Source: Podarcis pityusensis
Lineage: Eukaryota
Reading direction: 5' to 3' (one strand)
NCBI GenBank assembly: GCA_964106645.2
Contig: OZ067043.1
Length of the DNA: 64,000 nucleotides
Part shown: positions 36,890-49,533 of the stretch, piece after piece
How positions within the stretch are numbered: the stretch's first letter is position 1
How the letters are laid out: each line of letters begins with the position of its first letter
Program-made: the position numbers and the translations under genes
Notes under the pieces: model-generated
What the model saw: only the letters and a program-made list of their open reading frames with translations
What the model was told of the DNA's origin: nothing
The model's database searches: none

Positions 36890-38548
36890 AATCACCGATC
36901 GTAAAACTGTCACAGGAACGCTTTGAAGTGCCGGAATGCGTTTGAAGTTGCGGCAGGAGGTGGTGAGGTTTTTGCCTGTTGCTAAGAGGCAAAAGGAGTA
37001 GCTGCGGAGCTCAGAGCAGCTGGCTGAAAGACACAAAGTGGTTGCCTGTGTTGCTGCAGAGCTGCGGAGCTGAGAGCAGCAAGGAATCGTTTCCCCACGG
37101 ATGGGTGCCGGAGGAGCTTGTAATCTGTAAGTAAGCTTGGGCCCCTTGGGAGAACGGAAGACAATGGCAGGCAGCCAGGTCTTGGAGGACATTGCGTTTG
37201 AAATGCTCACTCTAAGAAGTTGAGCAAGGGCTGTCTGGGAATGTGCTGCTGCGTTTGCTGTGAAGCTTCAGCAGGAGGCCAGAGCCCTGGAGAAAGTATT
37301 GAGAAAAGCCTAGAGATGGCTGGTGCCCCTGTTCCTGATGCTTTAGCCTCAAGGAGTGCTAGTGAGCAGATCGGGGGGGCGAAGGATTCCAAAGGCAAGT
37401 GTAAAGGCTTGTCCACTGTGCGTGCTGGAGTGGAATGTCAACAAAGCAGGTTCCCAGAAAGCCGCAGTGGGAGCCAGGCCAGAGGGGGCGGAGCTGGCAA
37501 GGAGTGCTTTTCCGGAAGAAGGAGAAGGAGGCCGGCTGGGAGGAGCCCCGGGCAGTGTTTTTCCACTGGAGTTCGTCGTTGCTGCCCATGGAGAGCGGAG
37601 ACAGCTGGGCAGGAAGGAGGTCCCAAGGTCAACCAGCTGAGTTCCCATGGGAGTCAGTCTCGGAGAGGAGGCCAGCGTGGGAACGCAAGGGAAAGACGTG
37701 GCTCAGACGCTGGGGAGGGTTGTTTTCTTATCACTGCTTCTATGGCAACTGTGAAGAACAACTCCAGCCAGGACACGGTGACACGCTGGGTTTTGAATAC
37801 TGCTGTTGGTCAGCACCTGCTAAGCGAGCCTGCTGGCGAAATGCGGAACTGCAGGGCTGTTTCAACAGGAACAACTGTGATGTTAGCAGACGGAATGAGA
37901 AAGTCGGTTTCTGCTGTGGCTAACATGTCTTTTTCTCCTTTACAGGAGGAGCTAGAGGTCTACGTTGTGCCGGGACTGAATTGTTGTTTGTTATCTGTAT
38001 CAGCTCTAATGAAGCAGGGATACAAAATTTGCTTTGAAAATGACACCTGTTCCATTTTCAGAGGGGGGAAACAAGTGGCCAACGTGAAAAGGGGGCAGAA
38101 CAATCTCTTTGTTCTGGAGTCACCTCTGGAGGGTGGTGGGAATGCTGGAAAAGCACAGGCGCAGTGTGCTAAGGTTCCCAGTCATGTGCAAAAGTTGCAC
38201 AGGTGCACAAAAGGGTACAAACTCCGGAAATGTGGGAGGTCCCTAGGGTGCAGGGCATGCAAGGGTGCACAGGTACATGGTTTTCCCGGGTTTGGGAGGG
38301 TAGCCAAAGAGCCCTTTGAGCTCTTTGAGGCAGGTGGTCCAAAGGTTCAGGAAATGATCTTCTGTGGATATGATCCTGCAACCAATGGGTGGAAGTTTGC
38401 ATACCCAGAGGGTGATCAAACCAAGCTGCTGGTCAGTAAGCAGGCTGAGTTCTGTGAACAGGATGGGTGTTCAAGGCTCAGGGATGGTCCTGATTTTCTC
38501 TCAGAATGTCTGTCTGATTCTGAGGAGGAAAGGGAGCCAGAGGCTGAT

Positions 38549-38624
38549 CCCGGTGATGGGGACCAGGTCCAAGATCAGGGTTCAGAACCCGGTGATGGGG
38601 ACCAGGTCCAAGATCAGGGTTCAG
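38549..38624 (+). repeat. In-frame 39-bp tandem duplication in the copia ORF (PGDGDQVQDQGS x2)
   Basis: Direct repeat visible at 38549 and 38588. Confidence 0.9.
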
Positions 38625-38937
38625 GGCAGGTTTGGGCATCTCCAAAGGTTGTGAAAGGAGTGTCCAGGTGTGAGGCTTCATCTCCGGTTAGCGTAATGGA
38701 GAAAGCTCACAAACAGGGTGTCAAGTCAGAGGGGGAAGGATCTGACGGAGAAGACACAACTGCTGGCCCAAATGGGTCAGTAGGGTATCAGGTCACAAGT
38801 GCGTGGAAAAGTGTCGCACAGTGTGATTCTGGGAGTGTTGAAGGGGTTCAACAGGTGCCTGGGAAAGATGCCGGGAAGTGGCATAAGGCAAAAGGGAAGG
38901 TGTTGAACTCAAAAAGGTCTTGTCAGAATGGTTCGGC

Positions 38938-38946
38938 AAGAGGGGG
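38938..38946 (+). promoter_or_regulatory. Polypurine tract
   Basis: AAGAGGGGG immediately 5' of the 3' LTR. Confidence 0.8.
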
Positions 38947-39371
38947 TGTTGGGTTTGGAACTTAACTGGTTAAGTTGTTCCCATGATGCCTCAGCATTCT
39001 GACGTCAGCTTTCGAAGCTGGGAGGAGCTGGGAGGAGCTGGGAGGAGTTACGTTTCTGTTCCTCTCTGGTCTCTGAGAGAGAAGGTCGCAGTTTGGCATG
39101 GCTGCGGTGAGCCCAGGAGATTCCTGGGGAATGTCGGAATAAAGAACTGATATTAGACAAACCTGGACTCTGTGTGTGTTTGTCTGAAGCTAAGTGAAGC
39201 TACGTGACAGTTTTCACCGCTGTGTTCAACTCTGCTGAGGCGTGACTGGAGAGCTACTGGAGACGGAGCTGAGTGGCGCAGCTCGGAGGAAGCGCGCCGG
39301 GCATAAAGAGCTAATTGTGGATCGTAAATCAATTAGCGGGGGTCACGCCAAACCAATCAATCAATTCCACA
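38947..39371 (+). repeat. 3' LTR
   Basis: Same length and, by eye, same sequence as 36451-36875. Confidence 0.95.
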
Positions 39372-39978
39372 TGTTTGCTATCCTAGATTGCTGTTATTCA
39401 AATTCTGCATTTACATAGACATTATATCTCCACAGGGCACTAAAGGTATTGAACAGGATACAAACTGATTGAATAAGGTTATCACAATGATCCATCTCGC
39501 TTTGATAGGTTTTGGTATTGCTGCTATAAATTTGACTGTATTGATTACTGTGAACATGCAAATCAGTGGACAACTAATTGATGGTCATGGATTGAGTAAA
39601 ATAATATTAATGCTCATTGATGGATGGCAAACTCTCTCCCCTTATTTGGAGAGGACACCCTTCAGCTAGCAGGAGAGACAAAGAAGCAGCTAAAGCAAGT
39701 TGGATTTGGACACAAATTGAGACAGAACTGAAAGTTTTTAGCTGGGGTTGTCTAAAACCTGAAGCATTCTTGGGTGTAGTTCCTTGTTTGGAATGTGAAG
39801 TGGGATTAGCAGATCTGCTACTTGTTTTTAGGAGTTTCCTTGCTTCCAATATGTTTTGCTTCTAACATAAAGCCTCTTGGTTTCTCCTTCTACCATACGA
39901 ACCCTAAAGCTGTTTCCGTGGACTTCTCACAGTTCAGGAAAGTGTGGTTGACATAACAATATATCTTCTATAATAATA

Positions 39979-40358
39979 GGGACGCTGGTGGCTCTGTGGT
40001 CTAAACCACTGAGCCTCTTGGGCTTGCCGATCGGAAGGTCGACAGTTCAAATCCCCATGGCGGAGTGAACTCCTGTTGCTCTGCCCCAGCTCCTGCCAGC
40101 CTAGCAGTTCGAAAACACACCAGTGCAAGTAGATAAATAGGTACCACTGTGGCAGGAAGGCAAATGGCATTTCCGTGCGCTCTGGCTTCTGTCATGGCGT
40201 TCTGTTGCACCAGAAGCAGTTTAGTCATGCTGGTCACATGACCTGGAAAACTGTCTGTCAACAAACGCCAGCTCCTTCAGCTTAAAAGTGAGATGCGCAC
40301 CGCAACCCCATAGTCACCTTTGACTGGACTTAACTGTCCAGGGGTCCTTTAGCTTACC
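39979..40358 (+). mobile_element. Sauria SINE, full length
   Basis: tRNA-like head, gtgcaagtagataaataggtacc core, BovB-related tail; 19-bp TSD TATATCTTCTATAATAATA at 39960-39978 and 40374-40392. Confidence 0.9.
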
Positions 40359-40582
40359 ATCTATATCTATATCTATATCTTCTATAATAATACAATCTAT
40401 GGTCTTTTAAACTGTGGGGGGTGTTGTTTTTGTTTCTAACTATGTTATGTATTTTTGTGTTGTTATTATTATTATTTATTAAATTTCTATACACCACACA
40501 CTGGATTGCTGGAAAAAATGCACACACCACAAGCTAATCCATTTTTGTCATGCAGGGCAGAGAACCAGTGTCAACCTCTTAG

Positions 40583-40703
40583 CGGGGATGGGGAGTGTGT
40601 GGCCATGCTGATATAGCTGGCCTACAATGTCCACAATCCCTCACCATTGGCTGATGAGACTTGGAGTCTAACAACATCTGGAAGCCATACGTTCCTCATC
40701 CCT
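40583..40703. mobile_element. Short hAT-like MITE remnant
   Basis: ggggatggggagtgtgtggcc...acaacatctggaagccatacgttcctcatccctg imperfect palindrome, a common squamate repeat. Confidence 0.45.
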
Positions 40704-42144
40704 GGTGTGGGAAAGGCAGCCTTCCAGAGAGTTGATGCACTGAATGAGCACACTGAGTCCAAGTCTCCAACTACACACAGTAATCTGCAATTACTTAATA
40801 ACTGTGCTAATCAAATGCTGCTCAAAGATTTAGCCGGCAGAGTGTACAGCTTTTGTAGCATATAGGAGTGTTTCAACTAGGGGAGCTCCAGATTTCTAGC
40901 ACTGGATTACATCATGCTCATAGTTAATATTAAATCAATTTCGCATATAACTGGAGAACTCAACATTAAGTAAAAGGAATGAGCTGTCTGACAAAGAAGT
41001 CCTATAGGAAGGGTTGTTATTACAACATAATCGTATAACCTTGCATAGCATACAGCAGCACAAGGACATGCATTTCACATGCTTCATTATAATTGCATCC
41101 CCATTATAATTTTGCAGTTAGTTGCTATGAGCTCTGGTCATGAAAACATGCCAATTTTTATATGGGATTGAAGCCTGCCTAATTTTAGCAAATTGAGAGC
41201 TGCACAAAAGAAAGGAGATAACTACTATGTTGTTATTTTTCATTAGAGAATTGCTATATTAAGAGGATGTGATCCAGCTGTGTTTGTTTAAATAAAAGTG
41301 TGATTTGAATACCTCCTACAGCTATGCTCCTGCCAATGAATAAAAGATAAAATGCAGCTCTCCTTGGATGCTGGGCTCCCAACTTCTAGCTGACTCAGAG
41401 ATTTATTGTTTAACATAAGGAAGTGAAAAGCATGTTGAGCAGACCACACACAGGGCTCTTTTGTGTATTGTTTCAAGCCATACCGCTAATAGATTTGTTC
41501 CACCAAGGCTCACAGCAATTCAGCTGTGCTAAAATGCTCCACTTAACTGTGAAAAAAAATAAAAATAAAAATAAGTAATTATCTCTAAATAGTAAATGCA
41601 GCTTAGATCAAGGCCATGAGTAAGATAAACAGGAAACAGTGCAGTTCAAAGCTGCATATAATCATCCTTATGATAATGAAATTAAGCTTTTATTTCCTCA
41701 AAGTGAACCCTTTAACTTGGTACTGAGATCCTGGGACTTCCACAGCTACCATGATACAATCTGTGGCATTGTTTGAAATGCATCCTGTTTATGAGCCTTG
41801 TATTCCATTAGGCATTTCAAGAAATATGGTGTCTACAGGGCTGATGCAGATAAAACATTCTTGATTGTTTAATCATGGGCAAGCAACTGTGAGTGGGTGC
41901 TGCCCCCCCATCACTTCTCCAATTCCCATGTCATTGGGTCTAATTGTGGTTATTCATTTTGGGTTGGACCCCGACAGAATTAGTTCAACTTCAATCCCAT
42001 TGGCCAAGATTCAATTAACTTTGTCGGGATCCAAGCTAACAACATTAACCACAACACCTCCTAATGGACTTGTGGGGTGGGGGATGAAGACTAGTGCAGT
42101 TTTGTGGCCTGCTCTCAATTGTATAACTAATTTGGAACATTATA

Positions 42145-42886
42145 CAGTGGTACCTCGGGTTAAGAACTTAATTCCTTCTGTATAAAATTGATGAATGTTA
42201 GAAAAATGTTGGAACGAAATTATTTGGCTTTAGCAAAAATGTTAAAAGAATTATGTAAGAATATGTTATGGTTATGAGAAATTGGTATAAATAAGATGTA
42301 AGTTTTAAGTTTTAGGGTTTTTTATAGTAAGATAAGGTTAAAATAGACTAAGGTAATGTTATGACAGAATATTATGAAAAATGGAAAGGTTTTGCTGTGA
42401 TAATTAACAACTAGGATACAAAAAAAGGGAGGAGTGAGGAGGTCAATGAAAGAAGGCAATGACAGTTAAGGATTTGAGAATATTGGATCTGTTTTTAAAT
42501 TTTTGTGGCTTATTTTTGTTTTTTGATTGTGTTCTGTTACGTGTTTTGTTGTTATTTTTTGATTTTGATTTTTATCAATTTGTATTGTTTGATTGTGGTT
42601 TGTTTTTCTTTTGTTTTTTCTCTTTCTTTTTCTTTTTTGTTTTTTCTGTAATTTTAAAATTCTTAATAAATATCATTTAAAAAAAAAAAAAAACTTAATT
42701 CCTTCTGGAGGTCCGTTCTTAACCTGAAACTGTTCTTAACCTGAGGTACCACTCTAGCTAATGGGGCCTCCCGCTGCCGCTGCACGATTTCTGTTCTCAT
42801 CCTGAAGCAAAGTTCTTAACCCAAGGTACTATTTCTGGGTTAGCGGAGTCTGTAACCTGAAGTGTCTGTAACCCGAGGTACCACTG
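42145..42886. mobile_element. Tc1/mariner (Tigger-like) MITE interrupted by an L1-derived insertion
   Basis: Perfect 18-bp TIRs CAGTGGTACCTCGGGTTA / TAACCCGAGGTACCACTG, TA TSD; uninterrupted sister copy at 44499-44724. Confidence 0.9.
42181..42691 (+). mobile_element. 5'-truncated copy of the L1-derived element at 53533-55736
   Basis: Near-identical to 55230-55736; AATAAA and poly(A); 16-bp TSD AACTTAATTCCTTCTG at 42165-42180 and 42692-42707. Confidence 0.92.
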
Positions 42887-44498
42887 TACCTGTGCCTCCA
42901 TCCGATTACTATTTTCAATTCTTGAATGCTGCAGACTCATTTGTCATATGACAAAGTCTTACACTGTATTTATTTGAGATTTATGCTCATTTGGACAGCC
43001 TCTCTTCCAGTTTATTAGGGACTGGGTGGGAGATGGTTTGCAACTCAAGAAAATGAGTAGAAAGAGCAACTGGATTGTTGGGCTAGAGACAATGCTATAT
43101 AAAACTTTGGGACTTGGCTGTGCAATTAGATATCAGCTAAGATGACCACTGGCTTCTAAAGCTTTATGTGTAAATGCCATCAGGTCAAGGTTCTGTCATG
43201 TTTTATAGAGTCCCTGTTATCATACTTTTATATCAAGAAAGAAGATGGAGCGTGTGGCTCTTTTTATACATGAAAGTTACATTGGTTTTGCAGTTTCTGT
43301 ATCTCTAAGCAAAATGAAGAGCCTGCATTGGCTAGCTTGTCCATTCAGTTTGAAAATAGCTCTTTTCTTCTTTCCATCCAATGCTATCATCCACATTGAA
43401 GGGTGTTCTCTACAAAAAAAAACAATTGCATGTGCAGAAAGTTTCCACAAGTTTTCAGGCTTTACTTGGCAATCACAAAGACTAGAAGCTTCACTTCATG
43501 TTCTAAATGAATCTGACTCATGATTCTTTGCAGAATGCCCAATTTTGCATTAGAAATTCATGTTAGCTGCTGTGCGATTTCAGCCAGTCAGATTCCTAGA
43601 CCTTCTGCCTAAGAGATGACAACTTGCTGAATGTTATAGTCTTTCAGATCTTTTCCAGAAATAAATCCTTGGTGTTTAATGAAGGATCATCATAACCAGA
43701 GTGTGTTGCAATTGCCATTATAGTTGCATTACACCCAGGCATGCAATCATGATGAGGAGCTGAATGGACTTAGTTATTGGGCCAAATGCAAAAATGAATG
43801 GCCACAAGCCAGCAAACATTTACGGTCAAAGGGCATGGAATGTAGATGGACTGACTTGGATGCATTGAGTTCATCTAAATAACACAAATTCTCCAGTGTA
43901 TTTTTTCTCATCTATTTAAACAGTAACCTTTCTGTTGTAATTAAAACAATATGGATTCCTAATTTGTTGTTGTGGAGATCAGTTCAATAGAGTGTCCTAG
44001 GAGAACTGTGACCATGACTTCCCAGGCATTAAGCTGCAGGCAAGGATCTTCCTTGGATATCTATCACCCATTGTCTGTGTCTGAATGCTAGAAGAATTCT
44101 AATAGGCTTTCCTCTTCCTTTAAGCAGGCAGGGGAAAGATACCTCTGCTAGGCTGTATACCAATTGCCATTTACTCTGGCTCCAGTGCGCTCCCATCACT
44201 GGCTTTTGAACGATGTTGCCCACAGTGCACAGCTGTCCTGTGGTTTCTTGAGAAATGCTGCTGTTAGATGCATTTTCACTCTAACCAGTTGCCACCTGAA
44301 AGGACAGTTGACAGCGCAAGCACAGATGACAGTGTCTTGAATGGGAGTTGAGGAGGTTGCAGAGACCGGCAAATAAAACAGGGAATGTGCATCAGGTCAA
44401 AACATCCCTGCCCCCTCTTGGGTGGTTTCAGGAGTGTGCAAATGTGTCTTGAAATGTAGCAGCAGTAAACAACTTCACTGCATTTTAAGCCACTAGTA

Positions 44499-44724
44499 CA
44501 GTGGTACTTCGGGTTAAGTACTTAATTTGTTCCGGAGGTCCGTTCTTAACCTGAAACTGTTCTTAACCTGAAGCACCACTTTAGCTAATGGGGCCTCCTG
44601 CTGCTGCCGCGCCGCCGGAGCATGATTTCTGTTCTCATCCTGAAGCAAAGTTCTTCACCCGAGGTACTATTTCTGGGTTAACGGAGTCTGTAACCGGAAG
44701 CGTATGTAACCTGAGGTACCACTC
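44499..44724. mobile_element. Tc1/mariner (Tigger-like) MITE
   Basis: TIRs CAGTGGTACTTCGGGTTA / TAACCTGAGGTACCACTC, TA TSD; same family as 42145-42886. Confidence 0.88.
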
Positions 44725-45456
44725 TATATACATAGCCTTAGTACAGCCTAAGTCAACTTCACCTTATTGTGGAATTTTACAAGACCTAGGCATTCACAGC
44801 AATTTTCTTAGCAGCTAATGTCTCCTGATGCTACCAGTTTCAGCTTTTTAGAGACCCATGTACACTGGATTTAAATAATAGAAGGGCCGGAAGAGGCTCA
44901 AATCCCTACTTTCAACTTTTTCCTTCTTCTCTTTCACAGCATGGGAGCAAGAACTCAAAATGCCCACCTTCAAGTAGTGAAACATGGACTTCCCCTTTCC
45001 CATGTAATTTGTGTGAGATCTTCTATCTTGAGGTCAAAGAGACTCAGATGTTCCATCAAAAACAGACATGGCTTCTTAGGAGGGAACTTAACTCTGTCTC
45101 ATTTTAGGATAAGAAAACACAATTGAGGGGTCACTGCTTTTAACTGTACTCTTAAGAGCAACATTTGGGCTGCTTCCTCCCATACTGCCCTTGGCAGGCA
45201 GATTAGCTCTAAAGATCATCTTTCCAGTCACCATAGCACCATTTGCATACCAATGACCATACTTGTAGCTGGCTACATAGTTCTCTGCTTCTTTTGAGAT
45301 GCTTCCTTGGGACCTCAAAGTGTACCACAGCATGTCTTCTAGTGTTCAGGTTCATGTCTTCTAGTTCCCCTGCCATTGTGGCACATGGTTTCTTTCTTTT
45401 CCATTGCACTTGGGCAGGGTAATATTTCCTCTATATTGCACTTTGACTAATCCCTA

Positions 45457-45815
45457 AAGGTAGAAAAAAAGGTAAGTCCAGTCAAAGGTGACGATGGTGT
45501 GCGACGCTCATCTCACTTCAGACCAAGGGAGCCGGCGTTTGTCCACAGACAGCTTTCTGGGTCATGTGGCCAGCATGACTAAACCGCTTCTGGCACAATA
45601 GATTACCATGACGGAAGCCAGAGCACACGGAAACACCATGTACCTTCCCAACACCTATTTATCTATTTGCACTGCTATGCTTTCGAACTGCTAGGTTGGC
45701 AGAAGCTGGGACAGAGCAATGGGAGCTCACCCTATTGCACAGATTTGAACCGCTGACCTTCCAATCAGCAAGCCCAAAAAGCTCAGTGGTTTAGACCACA
45801 GCGCCACCCGCTCCC
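45457..45815 (-). mobile_element. Sauria SINE
   Basis: Reverse-complement homology along its length to 39979-40358. Confidence 0.85.
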
Positions 45816-47596
45816 TAACTAATTCCTACCTCTCCACACCCCCACCCCGAACATCTGCCTATGTCAGGTTTCAGGAATAAATTGCCATTTCCAAGCATCT
45901 GATTTGCCCAACAGGCGGCAGAATTTCAGTGGCAGCTCCTCTGCATACTAGAAATTGAATAAATGTGTACCATGTAAATGAATGAGTTTATGGGTGCTTT
46001 AGAGCATTTATCGTGGTAGCTTTCATCAAGGTCATGTGCCTAAATGGTTCTGCTTTCCCAGATAAGCCAGGCTCTCTCAGATTCCAAAGCAACAAAAACA
46101 GGTTCAAGAAGGAGCCTGGCTGGGTGTATGGATACTGGATGGGACTTTATTATGCCCGACTTCAGCAGAATATCCAAGGCAACGAGGGCGGGGGCAGGGG
46201 GAGGAAATGTGAGACCATTGAAGGTACTGGCTGAGTTATAGTGCCAGAGAGAGGGAGGGAGGGAGGGAGGGAGAAAGGGGGGGAAGCAGACTACAGAGGG
46301 AGAGAAAAATGCCTGAAATGTCTGCAAAATGTAACTCAATTATCGGAGATCAGCCATAACAAGGGGGGGGGGGATCACATAAGACTGCAAGAGCTATAAG
46401 TATCAAATAGTTACATTTACTGCATTTATAAACAGATATCTTTTGGCAGGAGTATCAAAGAGGCCTCCACAAGGCATGAGATTCTGGGCTCGAATCCATT
46501 CACTCTGTGAATTAATTGACTTGGTTTGAACTCTGCTGTTTTCAGTCGGAGAATTCACTGTGAACATGTTGTACGTATCTCAGATATCAAATAGCAAATG
46601 TTCCAAAGCCAGACACTGAAAGGAAGCCAGAAAATTTTTCATTAATCGGGACTGTATGCTTTCTGAGAAAAAGGAAATGGGACAACACCGAAGGAATGAA
46701 GGAAAACATCCCTCCTATTTCTGTTTGCACCAATTTCCCAATGACTGTTATTAGTCCATGTTTGTATTGCAGTAGCAGTTAAACAGCAACAACAACAATC
46801 CAACTGTGACTGGGGTTGCTTTGTGGAAAGCAATGCATTTGAACATGATAATGTGCAATTCACATCTAGGTTTAAAATCACAGTGGGATTGGAAATAATG
46901 AAGGGGGGGGGAGAGGAGGAACATTGTACAACCGAACCAGGAGAAGGGATTGGAATAAATCCAGCTCTTGTAATCCTCAGGGCCCCAGTCTATGCATCTT
47001 TCACTTGAGGAAGATTTATATTCCATTTCAACATGTACAACAAGATCAGAACACAGACATGCTTCCTCCACAATGTGAAAATGGAGGTCTGTATCCATGG
47101 TGAAAATCCAGGTGTGTGTATCCTAGCACCTGTGAATACAAAGAGCCACTGGATCAGGGCAATTGTATTGTTAGTGCTTTTGAGAGCCTGTAAATTTTGT
47201 AGAGTCATGTTTTCACTTTTGCTGCCTTAATCAAATACTGCTACGGACAACACCATCCTAACTATGTTTTGCTCAGAAGTAAGTGCTTCTGAATGCATTG
47301 CAGCCAACAGCTATGTATGGGTAAAATCAGCAGTTGTTCCTTGGTACAGAAGCCAACAGGTAAAATAAAGAGCTGGCTTATATGCCTGAGGACATTATAG
47401 CGGATCAGATAGTTATTCAGCTAGCTCCAGAAAAGGCAAATACTGGAACTCAGAGCATTTACTGCATGCTTTTACACGGACCCTTCAAGCACCATCAAAT
47501 TTTTATAAAGTTGTTGTTGTTTTGAAAAAGTGTTCACAGCTTCATAAGAAGAAAAGGAAATTGTACCCCAGAACTGTGAGAGGCAGGGGTGTTCTG

Positions 47597-47826
47597 TCTC
47601 ACCTCATCTCAAAAAGGACATTGTAGAGTTGGAAAAGGTTCAGAAAATGATCAAAGGAAAAGAGCGAATCCATTGTGAAGAACAGTTACAGCATTGGGGG
47701 CATTTTAGTTTAGAGACAAGGCAAGTAAGAGGTAACATGATAGATGCTTATAAGATTACTCATGGCATTGAGAAAATGGATACAGAAAAGTTTTGCTCCA
47801 TGTTTCATAACAGTAGAACTCATGGG
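47597..47826 (+). mobile_element. CR1 LINE ORF2 C-terminal fragment
   Basis: PHLKKDIVELEKVQ..MIKG...FSLETRQVRGNMIDAYKITHG...NSRTHG. Confidence 0.8.
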
Positions 47827-49168
47827 CTTGGAATTAAATATATCCACATCAGTGAAAAAATATCTCAAAAGAATTCATGAAGATTAAGAGCACTTCAGTG
47901 TGTATAATCAGCCATTATAACATCCCCTGGGGTGGCTCTCAAATTCAGAAAGCCATATTGCCTCACAAAAATGAAGATTTTAGTAAGGAACACTGTATTC
48001 CTTTTCTCATGGACACTCATGAAGCATTCTTCAAATTAAGGATAGCTGGTCCTGAGTACCATCCTTTCACTGATTCCCACTAATTAGCACCATCTTGAAA
48101 AAGCCTCCTTTTGTATAAACCTACACAAATTACTGTTGGATAGTCAACTAATAGCTGAATCACCTGCACTTCCCTTATGTCATCACAATATAAAACAAAA
48201 CAAAACATGAGAGGATAAGCATAAGAAAAGCCACAAGTCATCAAAGTATGAAACCATAAAATGGGCAGAAGGGAGAACTGAGTGATATATAATGAATTCT
48301 GATGTAGACGTTTGTTGGACCATTCACCAAATGTTACTTACATTTAATGTTAATGCTTTCGTGTGAAATGTAATGATTGTATAGATCAGCCTGAAAGCAA
48401 TAAAGTGGCAAAGCAGTTATCATCCTAACAAGAGCCCACTCATTGCACGAAAGTGCCTGTGGAGTGGAGACATGTGCAGCTTGCAGGCTGTAAATTAACC
48501 GCCCTTGCTCTGCGTAAAGCAACAACAACAAAATTAATGTTGTAATCTGTTGAGATCCTGTATTTGGCATGAAGGGAATGCCAGCTGTTGAATCTAAGGT
48601 TGCTTCATTTATAGCAAAAAACTACTGCTGGGTTAAAATGATGTCTGGATATATTTAATTACTCAATCTGCAAAAAAAAAACAAACAAACCCAAAAAACT
48701 ATGAAAAAGTTGCAGCAACTTTAAAAGAGAAAATGTTGGCAGCAATGAAGTTTCTGGACTAAATACATAGCCGACAGTATTTTGTTCACAGATTTACAAC
48801 CGGAAACCCCATGCTGGGTAGTGCTTGGATTTCATGGATATGTCTGTCTACCCATCTCTGCCAGTGGTGGGCTTCATCACTGTGGAGGTCTCTGTTGTAC
48901 CTGTTGAAAGCACAGTCTTGTGGAAGATAATGTTGACAGTATCCCTGCCAGTGGTAGCCAGTGGAACCCCTGAAATCAAGTGTTTCTGGGGCTGGGGGGG
49001 GGACTGGATTAGCTAAAGATATGCTGGATCCTAAACTGGTCCAACTACCAGTGCCAGGTCTTATCCATGCTTCTCTTGCACCAGCCTGGAGGCAAAAAAA
49101 AAGGAACAGCCACAAAAGCACACCTTTTTTGTAACATGAAAAGCAGCCCTGATATTAATTTATACTGT

Positions 49169-49533
49169 ACGCGGGTGGCGCTGTGGGTAAAACCTCAGTG
49201 CCTAGGACTTGCCGATCGCATGGTCAGTGGTTCGAACCCCCGCGGCGGGGTGAGCTCCCGTCTTTCGGTCCCAGCTCCTGCCCACCTAGCAGTTTGAAAG
49301 CACTCCTAAGTGCAAGTAGATAAATAGGTACCGCTTTATATAGCGGGAAAGTAAACGGCGTTTCCGTGTGCTGCGCTGGTGCTGGCTCACCAGAGCAGCT
49401 TCATCACGCTGGCCACATGACCTGGAAGTGTCTCCGGACAGCGCTGGCTCCCTGCCTCTTAAGTGAGATGGGCGCACAACCCTAGAGTCAGACACGACTG
49501 GCCCGTACAGGCAGGGGTACCTTTACCTTTACC
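49169..49533 (+). mobile_element. Sauria SINE, CpG-rich younger subfamily
   Basis: A box GGTGGCGCTGTGGG, B box GGTTCGAACCCC, Sauria core, (ACCTTT)n tail. Confidence 0.9.

Larger units (their letters stand above)
37220..38965 (+). pseudogene. Degenerate copia Gag-Pol ORF (581 codons, stop inside the 3' LTR)
   Basis: Protease WVLNTAVGQHL (canonical W.LDSGA..HM, catalytic D replaced by N); VMLADG...VYVVPGLNCCLLSVSAL..G..I.F beta-barrel; CRACK...AKEPFEL GAG-pre-integrase end fused directly to IFCGY....GWKF..P...VSKQAEFCE (integrase C-terminal SH3-like). No rve DDE core and no YVDD RT motif. Probable Gag ATG at 37164 is in another frame (MAGSQVLEDIAFEMLTLRS*). Confidence 0.8.
36451..39371 (+). 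mobile_element. Young Ty1/copia-type LTR retrotransposon, internally deleted (non-autonomous), 2921 bp
   Basis: Two 425-bp TG...CA LTRs that read identical by eye; 5-bp TSD TGTTT (36446-36450, 39372-39376); copia-type PBS; PPT; copia-order protease / GAG-pre-integrase / integrase C-terminal motifs. Confidence 0.95.

Noticed and set aside
42459-42680. Phe-rich 73-aa membrane-like ORF (and its twin at 55508-55801)
   Set aside because: Translation of the T-rich 3' UTR of the L1-derived element.
46013-46339. Possible promoter/first exon (GC box, GGGA repeats, short ORFs)
   Set aside because: Motifs are generic; no recognisable protein or splice pattern to anchor a call.
48786-49121. Possible coding exon (acceptor-like tttgttcacag at ~48791, several open frames)
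   Set aside because: No frame gives a recognisable protein and no matching donor was found.
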